This document shows, piece by piece, positions 48,779-58,500 of a stretch of 64,000 nt of DNA. This DNA is from Myxococcota bacterium (lineage in GTDB: Bacteria; Myxococcota_A; Bradymonadia; UBA4248): the NCBI GenBank assembly GCA_045643185.1, contig JAZUKH010000280.1, positions 1,448-65,447 of the forward strand, in the 5' to 3' direction. A program made the translations under genes and the position numbers. Within the stretch, counting starts at the first letter, position 1. Each line of letters starts with the position of its first letter. The notes below the pieces were generated by a model. The model made no database searches. It was not told the DNA's origin and was given only the letters and a program-made list of their open reading frames with translations.

Positions 48779-48806
48779 GCCCATCGCAAGATGGGCTTTT
48801 TTTTTG
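48779..48806 (+). terminator. rho-independent terminator after tRNA-Pro pair
   Basis: GCCCATC-GCAA-GATGGGC followed by T8. Confidence 0.7.
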
Positions 48807-48910
48807 CCGTGTGATCGCACCGAAAAAGGGCGAGTTTTAAGCCTCAAATGATTGCCTTCGGTCGCTGCTTGGCGTTATAATGGCGCGCCCGTTTTGTTTG
48901 GAGAGGCAGC

Positions 48911-49645
48911 ATGAAAATCGGTATTTTTTCGGACATTCACAGCAACTTAAACGCCCTAAAGGTCGTTCTGGACTTCTACCGCGACAATCCATGCGATGAA
49001 TATCTCTGCCTGGGTGACGTGGTCGGCTATGGGCCTCAACCCGATGAATGCTGTGACCTCGTCAAGAATTTTGCACGCCTCACCATTCTCGGCAATCACG
49101 ACGCCGCCGTCTGCGGACGCATGAACTACGAGTATTACTACGATGCCGCTCGCAACGTTCTCGATTACCATGCCCGCATCATCTCGCCCGATAACATGAC
49201 CTGGCTCTCCAATCTGCCCTACAAATTCGATCATGAGGCCGGATTTACGATCTGCCACGGTTCCCCCATCAATCCCGAAGAATTCAACTACGTTTTTTAC
49301 CTCGAACAGGCCATCCAGCTCCTTCCCTTTTACAATGAGCTCGCGCCGGTCACCTTTATCGGTCATTCCCATCTGACCAAATCCTTTGCCCTCACCCCCA
49401 CCGAGGCAACCGATATCACCGGAAACACGCTGCATTTCGAGGATGATAAAAAATACTTCGTCACCGTCGGCTCCGTCGGCCAGCCGCGCGACTATGACAA
49501 CCGCGCCTGTTGCACCATTTATGACACGGAAACCAAGACGCTGACGTATTATCGTCTTAACTACGATATCGAAGACACCGTCAAAAAACTCTTCGCAACC
49601 GAGATCACCTATAACTTCGGAAAACGCCTGTATCTCGGCATATAA
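48911..49645 (+). CDS. metallophosphoesterase (calcineurin-like, YfcE-type)
   Basis: 'IGIFSDIHSNLNAL', 'LCLGDVVGYGP', 'ILGNHD' are MPP motifs I-III. Confidence 0.8.
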   Translation: MKIGIFSDIHSNLNALKVVLDFYRDNPCDEYLCLGDVVGYGPQPDECCDLVKNFARLTILGNHDAAVCGRMNYEYYYDAARNVLDYHARIISPDNMTWLSNLPYKFDHEAGFTICHGSPINPEEFNYVFYLEQAIQLLPFYNELAPVTFIGHSHLTKSFALTPTEATDITGNTLHFEDDKKYFVTVGSVGQPRDYDNRACCTIYDTETKTLTYYRLNYDIEDTVKKLFATEITYNFGKRLYLGI

Positions 49646-49677
49646 GTCGGTTTTTCGATACAAGCTCGTGGGATCGT

Positions 49678-49849
49678 GAGGGGGAAGTCTCCCCCTACGC
49701 GGCTATTTGGAATTTCTGTAGTAGACCACGCGTCAGAGACGTGTAGACCACGCGTCAGAGACGTGTAGACCACGCGTCAGAGACGTGTAGACCACGCGTC
49801 TCTACAGAAATACCAAATACGCCGCTACCCCTTCGCCTGGCAGGGGCCC
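49678..49849. repeat. MITE/REP-like element, copy D, carrying an internal 22-bp tandem array
   Basis: Same termini as A, B and C. Core is TTGGAATTTCTGTAG + (TAGACCACGCGTCAGAGACGTG)x3 + TAGACCACGCGTCTCTACAGAAATACCAA. Confidence 0.7.
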
Positions 49850-49854
49850 AGGAT

Positions 49855-49925
49855 GTTTTGTCTGGTCAGAAACTCAAAATCTCAGCCGTAGCGACGACGA
49901 AAACAAACAGGCTGAGATAATAACC
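49855..49925. ncRNA. conserved hairpin element (copy 1 of 2); candidate small RNA or regulatory stem-loop
   Basis: TTTGTCTGGTCAGAAACTCAAAATCTCAGCC-[22 nt]-GGCTGAGAT is about 80% identical to 52375-52445. The 9-bp stem is conserved. Confidence 0.3.
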
Positions 49926-50038
49926 TGTACTCTTAATGGTTGCCGTGCAAGCTTGCATGAAGGCGCGAAATGTGAGAAACTGGCGCGCCTAAGGATGGTT
50001 GAATCCAGCTAATATTGTTGCATGGATTTGGAGGAAAG

Positions 50039-51061
50039 ATGTTTTCGAGGAGATCAATAACTTCATTTCTGTTGAGCACCACACTGCTGATGGGACTCAG
50101 CGCCACAGCCCACGCCCAGGACATGGAAGACTTCAAGGCGCGCATGGCTCAAGCTTCAGAAATGACAAAGAGCAACATGAGTGAAGCCCTTCGTCTGTAC
50201 CTGGAGACGCGCATTCAATATGCCGGTCCCGAGATCGACTATTCGTTAGGCCGCACCTATCAGCGCTTGTACCAGTGCAGCCAAGCGCAACAATATTATA
50301 TTCAGGTCATGGTAAACTACGACCTTGGCCCCGATAACCCGATCTATTCGCGCGCCGTATCGGACTACGACACGATCGCTGACTGCGAAAGCTGGCAGCA
50401 GGTGACGATCAGCTGCACCAAAGCCTCCGATGATATCCTGTCGATCGACGACCAAAAAATGACCGAATGTTGGGATCGCCCGTATTCGCTGCCAGATGGC
50501 GAACATGAGATCAAACTGATCAGCGCAAAAGGTCCCGAAAAATCACTCAAATTCACCGCCAAAGCAGGTTCGGCACCTCAACACCTCGAAATTGCCTTCC
50601 CGCTCGCGGATGAGGAAGAGAAAACGCCTACCCTCGAACAGTGCGCAGCCATCATTCCACGCACCAAGATCGTCGAATACAAAGAGCGTTTCAACCCCTA
50701 TCTTTACTGGGGTCTGATCGCAGGCGGACTTGCCTTTGTTGCCGGCGGCGCGGGTTTTGGCGCCTGGGCGAATTCGGCACTCGTCGATGTTCAAAAATAT
50801 GACGACATGTACATCATCACCAACGATCTGAAAGCCAAATCCAAAGCCGATGATGCGCGTGACACCGTCAAAGTCGCCAACGCCCTCATGTATTCCGCCA
50901 TCGGCATCGGTGGTGCCGCAGCCATTACGGGCGCAACACTCGCCATTCTTAGCGCGATCAGCCCCAAAGTTGCTGTCGAAACCTATCAGCAAAACGACGT
51001 CAGCGCCTTCGTTGCCCCATCCAACGAAGGACTTATGCTCGGTCTGGGCATGACCTTCTAA
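50039..51061 (+). CDS. exported protein with PEGA-like domain and C-terminal TM helices
   Basis: GGAGGA RBS then ATG at 50039. Signal peptide '...LMGLSATAHA'. 'ILSIDDQKMTEC...PDGEHEIKL' is PEGA-like. Gly/Ala-rich hydrophobic C-terminal helices. Confidence 0.55.
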   Translation: MFSRRSITSFLLSTTLLMGLSATAHAQDMEDFKARMAQASEMTKSNMSEALRLYLETRIQYAGPEIDYSLGRTYQRLYQCSQAQQYYIQVMVNYDLGPDNPIYSRAVSDYDTIADCESWQQVTISCTKASDDILSIDDQKMTECWDRPYSLPDGEHEIKLISAKGPEKSLKFTAKAGSAPQHLEIAFPLADEEEKTPTLEQCAAIIPRTKIVEYKERFNPYLYWGLIAGGLAFVAGGAGFGAWANSALVDVQKYDDMYIITNDLKAKSKADDARDTVKVANALMYSAIGIGGAAAITGATLAILSAISPKVAVETYQQNDVSAFVAPSNEGLMLGLGMTF

Positions 51062-51333
51062 ACGCACTGGGGTCAAAATACCTCATTTTGCCCCGGCAAT
51101 CATGGCGGATGTTGCACTTGTCCCCATGACCAACTTGTCTCATTCATCAAGACAATGCCACAGACAAGTGAGCGCTCAGTGACAAACTCCCCATCCCATC
51201 AAATGGTCAGGAAAAATCGACGGACGTTGCTAAAAGCGATATACGCGGAACAAAATTTGCATTAAAACTTACAGTTTAGCGTGATTGTGTAACGATTACT
51301 TTACTGAATCAACACCACTAGAGAGGTAACAAC

Positions 51334-52191
51334 ATGCCAGAATGGAATCAGTTTTTCAAAAACATTGGTGACGTTTACCAGGGTCGTACGGCTGAAACCC
51401 GTCTTCAGGGCTGCATGATTGCCCGCGTTGTGGATAACGTCGACCCCTTTGATCAGCACCGCGTCCGCATCTCCTACCCGTCGTTGGCCGACCAATATAC
51501 CAAAGATACATCGTCCAACGGTGAAGATGCCAAGATCCAAAGCCCGTGGGTCCGTATCGCAAATTTGATGGCAGGCGATGATTTCGGTAGCCTCTGGCTC
51601 CCTGAAATCGATGACGAAGTCCTCGTCGCTTTCGAAGATGGTGATATGGCTCACCCCTACATCGTCGGAAGCCTCTGGAACGGTGGCGATAGACTCGTCC
51701 CCAAAACCATGACCTATACCCCCGACCAGATCGAAGTCGAACTCTCCAATAACGCTCAGGGCGGTAAAAATGATTATCGACTCATCCGATCCCGTATGGG
51801 CCACCACATCGCCTTCATCGATAAAGAAGGAAAAGGTGGTATCTCCCTCCGCTCCAAAAAATCCGCTGAACTCTACATCGATGACGAAGATGGTAAAGAA
51901 CGTATTCGCCTCTACGATAAAGACCAAAAACAATGGCTCGAAATCGATACCGTGAATAAGAAAATTACCCTCGAAACCGATACCGGCGATATCCTCATTA
52001 AGGCCGCTGAAAAAATTCGTCTCGAATGCAAAAACCTCGAAGTCGATGCCAGCGACTCCATCACCGTCGATGCCGGCACATCCATCAAAACGACCTGCCA
52101 GACCCTCAATGCCAAAGCAAGCTCCAGCATGGATGTTAACGGCGGTACCAAGATCAAGATGAGCGCTACGCGCATCGATCTTAACCCGTAA
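51334..52191 (+). CDS. phage baseplate assembly protein V / gp5-VgrG-like spike (Phage_base_V OB-fold plus beta-helix tail)
   Basis: 'RVVDNVDPFDQHRVRISYPSL...SPWVRIANLMAGDDFGSLWLPEIDDEVLVAFEDGDMAHPYIVGSLWNG' matches the gpV/gp5 N-domain. C-terminal 'KKITLETDTGDILIKAAEKIRLECKNLEVDA...' repetitive beta-strand region. Confidence 0.7.
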   Translation: MPEWNQFFKNIGDVYQGRTAETRLQGCMIARVVDNVDPFDQHRVRISYPSLADQYTKDTSSNGEDAKIQSPWVRIANLMAGDDFGSLWLPEIDDEVLVAFEDGDMAHPYIVGSLWNGGDRLVPKTMTYTPDQIEVELSNNAQGGKNDYRLIRSRMGHHIAFIDKEGKGGISLRSKKSAELYIDDEDGKERIRLYDKDQKQWLEIDTVNKKITLETDTGDILIKAAEKIRLECKNLEVDASDSITVDAGTSIKTTCQTLNAKASSSMDVNGGTKIKMSATRIDLNP

Positions 52192-52210
52192 TTCAATCCC
52201 AAACCTTCAA

Positions 52211-52240
52211 AAAGCCGCTCCCAAGAGCGGCTTTTTTTGT
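52211..52240 (+). terminator. rho-independent terminator of gpV-like gene
   Basis: AAAGCCGCTC-CCAAGA-GCGGCTTTTTTTGT. Confidence 0.7.
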
Positions 52241-52374
52241 GCTTAACGACACCGTTGAACGATCCAGACACGTTCCCGGCAAAAGATCTGACGACACTGC
52301 GCGACAACTATACGCATTCGTCAACGTTTTGCTACACGACTCGTTCAAAACAAGTTACGACTCACCCAAGAATG

Positions 52375-52445
52375 CTTTGTCTGGTCGAAAAAAATCTCAG
52401 CCGTAGCGAAGCCGAAGGCAAGCAGGCCGAGATTGGGGCGAGTGG
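52375..52445. ncRNA. conserved hairpin element (copy 2 of 2)
   Basis: CTTTGTCTGGTCGAAAAAAATCTCAGCC-[22 nt]-GGCCGAGAT. See copy 1 at 49855. Confidence 0.3.
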
Positions 52446-52508
52446 AGACGTGAGGGGCGAGCGTCTCCACGGGTTCGAAGCCGAAGACAAGTTCGCAAGC
52501 ACCCAAAA

Positions 52509-52584
52509 ACAACAAAGGCCGCTCTCGAAGAGCGGCCTTTGTTGTTCATGCCTCTATGATCTCGGGGCGCTAAGCCCCGGGATC
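52509..52584 (-). terminator. two stacked hairpins 3' of the giant gene
   Basis: AACAAAGGCCGCTCTCGAAGAGCGGCCTTTGTT and GATCTCGGGGCGCTAAGCCCCGGGATC. The second recurs 3' of the paralog (at about 63536-63565). Confidence 0.55.
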
Positions 52585-52595
52585 AGAATGACCGG

Positions 52596-55500
52596 TTAGT
52601 ACACGTTGAACTGACAGGATTCGTTGCAACTACTCACCTTGGGATCGCGGAAGTCGCAGGCTTCGTCGCCGTTCTTGATGCCATCGCCGCAGTAGGCCGC
52701 GCGCGTACAGTTGGTATTGCAACCGCCGTAAGCGCCCGTGTTGCCGTCCGTACCATTGTCACATTCTTCGCCAGCGTCGACATGACCGTCGCCGCAGAAG
52801 GCATTGAGCTTACACTTGGTCGAGCAACCGCCATAAGCGTCGTCATTGTTATTCGCGCCGTTATCGCAGGCTTCTTCGGAATCAAGCACACCGTCACCGC
52901 AGAAGTGTTCTAAGCCAGAACACGTAGCGTTACAACCGTTATAGCGGCCTGAGCCGTTGGCATCGCCATCGTCACAGACTTCTTTCGGACCATCGACCGT
53001 CGAATCGTCGTACTGAACGATGCCATCGCCGCAACGCGGACCAAGCGTACAGTCTGTACGGCAACCATTGTAAAGGGCGTTGCTGTTGTTTTCGCCATTA
53101 TCGCAGATCTCGGGATGATCAGCGTCACCGTTGAGTATGCCGTCACCGCAATAGGCGTTGAGCGTACAGCTTGTGGAGCAGCCGCCATAGAGGTTATCTT
53201 CGTTGGCTGCGCCCTTATCACAATATTCCGGATGATCTTCATCACCGTTGACACGACCGTCACCGCAGTAAGCCGCGAGTCGGCAGTTCTTCTTGCAGCC
53301 GCCATAAGCGTCGCTGAAGTTGCCCGTGCCGGGGTCGCAGGTCTCACCAGCTTCAGTGTCGATGTTTTTATCACCGCAGTAAGGTGCGCGCGTGCAGTCG
53401 GCGTTACAGGAGCCATAGACACCCGTATTGCCTTCCGTGCCGTAGTCGCATTCTTCCGGATGATCCGCATCACCGTTCTTCATGCCATCACCGCAGTAGG
53501 GGCCGAGCTGGCAAGTCGAACGACAGCCGTTGTAGGCACCCGTGTTGCCGTTAGGATCGTCGCAGACTTCATTGTCAGTATCGACAACGCCGTCGCCGCA
53601 GTAGGCCGCGAGTTGGCAATCCTTCGTGCAACCACCGTATTCGTTGTTGTTGTCATCGCCATAGTCGCAAGCTTCGGGGTGATCTGCGTCGCCATTCTTT
53701 ATGCCGTCACCGCAGAAGGCCGCGAGCGTGCAGTTGGCTTTACAACCGCCGTAGGCGCCCGTGTTACCAGCAGGATCGTCGCATTCTTCGTCGCCGTTCT
53801 TGATGCCGTCGCCGCAGAACTGGACGTAGCCGGAGCAATCGGCGTTGCAACCGTCGTAGACGTCGGCGCCATTGTGTTCGCCATCGTCACAGACTTCGTC
53901 GCCGTTCTTGATGCCGTCACCGCAGTAGGCCGCGCGCGTACAGTTGGCTTTGCAGCCGCCGTAGGCGCCCGTGTTACCAGCAGGATCGTCGCATTCTTCG
54001 TTCACCGGGTCGAGAACGCCATCACCACAGACATTGGCTTTCGTACAGTCGGACTTGCAGCCGTTGTACGAATTATCATTGAATTCAACGCCGAAGTCAC
54101 AGGCTTCGTCGCCATTCTTGATGCCATCGCCGCAGTAAGCCGCGAGCGTACAATTGGCTTTACAACCACCATAAGCGCCCGTGTTGCCAGCAGGATCGTC
54201 GCATTCTTCGTCGCCGTTCTTGATGCCGTCGCCGCAGAACTGGACGTAACCCGAGCAATCCGAGTTACAACCGTTGTAAATGTCCTGACCATTCGTCGCG
54301 CCGTCATCACAGACTTCGGAGCCATTACGAATGCCGTCACCGCAGTAAGCCGCGAGCGTACAGTTGGCTTTGCAACCACCGTAGGCACCCGTGTTGCCTG
54401 CCGTGCCGTCATCACAAGCTTCGTCGCCGTTCTTGATGCCGTCGCCGCAGAACTGAACGTAACCCGAGCAATCCGAGTTACAACCATTATAGATATTCGA
54501 ACCGTTCGAAGCGCCATCATCACAGACTTCGGAACCATTACGGATGCCGTCGCCGCAGCGAGGTCCGAGCACGCAAGCTTTGGTGCAGCCATTGTACGCG
54601 GTGTTGCTGTTCTCAGCGCCGTTATCGCAGTCTTCGTCGCCATTCTTGGTGCCATCGCCGCAATAAGGACCGAGCTTACAAGTCGCATCGCAACCATCGT
54701 ATTCGCCCTTATTGTTTGCCGTGCCGTCGTCACACTGTTCGGAGCCGTTCTTGATGCCGTCGCCGCAGTAGGCGTTCAACATACAGAGCGTGGAGCAACC
54801 GCCATAGACGCCGTCAACGTTCGAGGAACCAAGGTCGCACTCTTCGTCGCCGTTCTTGTCGCCATCACCGCAGTACGGGCCAAGCTGGCAAGTAGACGTA
54901 CAACCATCGTAAGCACCCGTGTTGTTTGCCGTGCCGTTATCGCAGACTTCGTGACCTTCATCGACGATACCATCACCGCAATACGAAGCGAGCGTACAAT
55001 CTTGGTTGCAACCGTTGTATTCGCCCTTATTGTTTGACGTGCCGTTATCACACTGTTCGTTGCCGTTCTTGGTGCCGTCACCGCAGAAGGCGTTGAGTTT
55101 GCACTTGGTCGAGCAACCACCGTAGACACCGTCTTCGTTGGCTTTGCCATAGTCGCAGTCTTCGCCAGCGTCTTTGACGCCGTCGCCGCAACGCGGTGCG
55201 AACGTACAGTCAGCATTACAACCGTTATACGAACCGTCGTTGACGCCATCGTCACACTGTTCCTTGCCGTTCACCTTGCCGTCGCCGCAATACAACGCTT
55301 TGCCCGAGCAATCGGCATTACAGCTGTTGTCGCCATAAGCATCGTTGCTGTTACGAGCGCCGTTATCGCAGACTTCGTGGCCAGCATCGATGTTGCCATC
55401 GCCGCAACGCGGAGCCTTGCGACAAGTCGTCAAGCAACCGTCAGAGCCATAAGCTGAGTCGCTGTTCGACGCGCCGTTATCGCATTGTTCTTTGCCATTG

Positions 55501-58500
55501 ACCTTGCCGTCGCCGCAACGCGGAGCCAACTTACAAGCGTCGGTACAAGCACCTTCGCCATAAGCGGACGCCTTGTTATCCGCGCCGTTATCGCACTGCT
55601 CGCCGTTAAGCGAATCGATCTCGCCATCACCGCAGAACGGAGCGAGTTCACACTTGTCGTTACAAAGACCTTTACCGTAGTTATCGGCTTTGTTCTGGTC
55701 TTTACCATCGTCGCAAGCTTCACCCTTGCTTTCCGCAACTTCGCCATCACCGCAAACCGCGTACTGGCAATTGGACGTACAGCTATCGCCGTTGGCCGCA
55801 CCATCATCGCATTGTTCACCCATCGCCGTGTCGACGACGCCGTCGCCACAGACCATGTATTTACAAGTCGTCTGGTTGCAGTTAACCGGCCAGGAACCGT
55901 CTGCATTCTTATCGCACTGTTCGCCAGCATCAACGCTACCGTTGCCGCACAACGTGCCGCCACCTGTACAGGTCGATTTGCCCGTCTTGAGGAAGCCGTC
56001 CAACGTCAACTTATACATTGAACCCTGGTCACAACGTTCCGTCTGGAAGAAGTGAAGTTCATAGATACCGTCTTCATAGATGTCATATCTCGGATCGCAG
56101 ACCATATCGTCGAACGTTTCACCATCGAGCGTACAACGCTGATTCGAAAGCGTGTTATCAGCCTGATCACCACCGCGCAAACCACCAAGGTCGACGAACT
56201 GCTTACGGTTAATGAACGCCCAAACGTCGTCATCACCCGTGAAATCGAGTTTTTCGCCACCCTTGTACTGGAAGAACGTATGGAGTTCTGACGAGAAGTT
56301 ACCGAACGTACGAACAGAACCTCTACCTTCTTTGCCATCATCATAACCAACTTTTTGAAGCGGATAGAAGTGCGCCTGAATATAGTCATGATCTTCTACG
56401 ATGGCCATATCCGAACCGTCGTAATTCTTGGCACAGACTCTCGTTCCATTGATCGTCTTACACGGATTGGCAGCATCGAACACGTATTTCGCACCCGAAT
56501 CGCCCTCTCTGAACAAGCGGAGCGTCGTGTCGAATTTCTTGTTCAAGCCTGAAAGCTCGCGATACCAATAGTAGAACGTACCCGGACAGGTAACCTGGTC
56601 GGTAATATAGTATTGGCCGTTATCCTTCGCACCGCATGCTTTCGAACCCCAGTTCGAAACGAGAACCGGTTTGCCATCGGCATCAAGTTCGTTCTCGACC
56701 ATACCGGTACAACCTTTGTTGACGGTCCAGTCGATGTTGCCATTGTGTGTTGCAGGCTTGTTACGCTGATAGTACGGACCACAACCAAAATCGGGGAAGC
56801 CGTAACCAACGTACCAATCGTTGTACGACATATCGATGGCGTTCGAATACGTGTAGGGGATCTCGTCGGAATACGTGAAATTCACTGTTCTTATATAAGT
56901 ATTCGATGAGTAACACGTAGTCCCCTTTGTATTGCAACATTGAGCACCATTCGAAGTCTTAAAGTTCTGATAATTTGTTTTTCTACACTCATAACACTGA
57001 TCATTATATTCATTACCAGTGCTGCATGTACGCTTTGAATAGCACTTACCGCCATTCTCGTACCCGCTACATGACCTGTTCGAATAGCACGTACCATCAA
57101 TGTAATAGCCACTACAGGTCAACAAGTTCGTACAAGCATTACTGACGGAATAGAACTCACCCAACAAGGCAGTGGTCATCCAACCATCGCCAGTACCGTG
57201 ACTCTGAGTTGCGCGGAAGTCGTAGTACGAAATGTCGATATCGACGTATGGATCGGACTTCATGCTTGCGAAGTCGGTGCAATCGAAGCCGGGTTCGACT
57301 TCACACTGGCTTGAGCAACCGTCACCCGAGACCATGTTACCATCGTCGCACGCTTCGGCCGGAACGAATTTGCCATTGGGGCATTCTTCTTTCGTCGCAG
57401 CGGTCGTGCCGCCTTCACACATGACGAGGCCGTTGTTATCACGTTTCGGGATCATCCACAGCGTGATGCCATCGCCACATTTCGGCGTATACGTCGCTTT
57501 GCCCGTGTCATCGTCGATGTATTCATCGAACATGACTTCGCGTTTGCAACTGGGCGAACAACCGTCGTTAGGATAGTGGTTACCGTCATCGCATTCTTCA
57601 CCGATGTCGAGGATACCGTCACGGCATTTACCTTTAACGGCATGACCGTCTTCATCGACGTGATAATTGCTTTCGAGTTTACACGCATCGCAGCCGTCGT
57701 TGGCAGCATCGTTACCATCGTCGCATTCCTCGGCGAGTTGGTATTTGACGCCATCCAATTCAACGACTTTGTCGATAACGCCGTTACCGCAGTAGACGGA
57801 GCTGTCGATTTCAGCAGCAGGTGAACATTCACCGCCGTTTTCAGGACAAGCGTAGTGTGTTTCGATCTCGCAATTTTCGTTGCAGCCATCGCCACTCGTC
57901 GTATTGCCATCGTCACAGGCTTCGCCGTACTGAACGATGCCGTCACCGCAGTAACCCTTGGTGGCACTGCACACGGTTTTTTCGTTCATTGTATAGGTAC
58001 AAGCGTAACCCTCTTCACGCTGGCAACGAGCCGAACAGCCATCGCCGTCGTTGTTGTTACCATCGTCACAGGCTTCACCCCAAGCGCGGATACCGTCGCC
58101 GCAGGCCGCCGCAACGCAGTGTTCGCCTTCATTCGGGCAGATGTAACCCGGTTCGATCTGGCCTTCGTAACAGCCATCGCCTTTATCCGTGTTGTGATCA
58201 TCGCATTTTTCGAAGTCATGCTGAACGATGCCATCGCCGTAGAGGTCGGAGATCGGACGACACCAAACGTTTTCAGCGTCATCGCGAGAGTCAGCCGTAC
58301 AAGCCTGACCGTTCGTCGGAATCGTGCCGGATGCGCAGCAGTATTCGACGGGGCAGCGTTTTGTGCTGGCGGAATAACCCTGGCACATATAGCCGGAGAC
58401 AGGCTGACAAGCGTTGGTGCACATCGTCGTTCCGTCGACCGTAGGATCGCAAACTTCGCTTGCATCACGCTGGTTGTTACCGCAAGCATCTCGGTAACAT

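Noticed and set aside
49700-49800. Possible CRISPR array (22-bp direct repeats)
   Set aside because: Repeats are directly tandem with no unique spacers and sit inside a MITE-like element with inverted flanks. There are no cas genes nearby.
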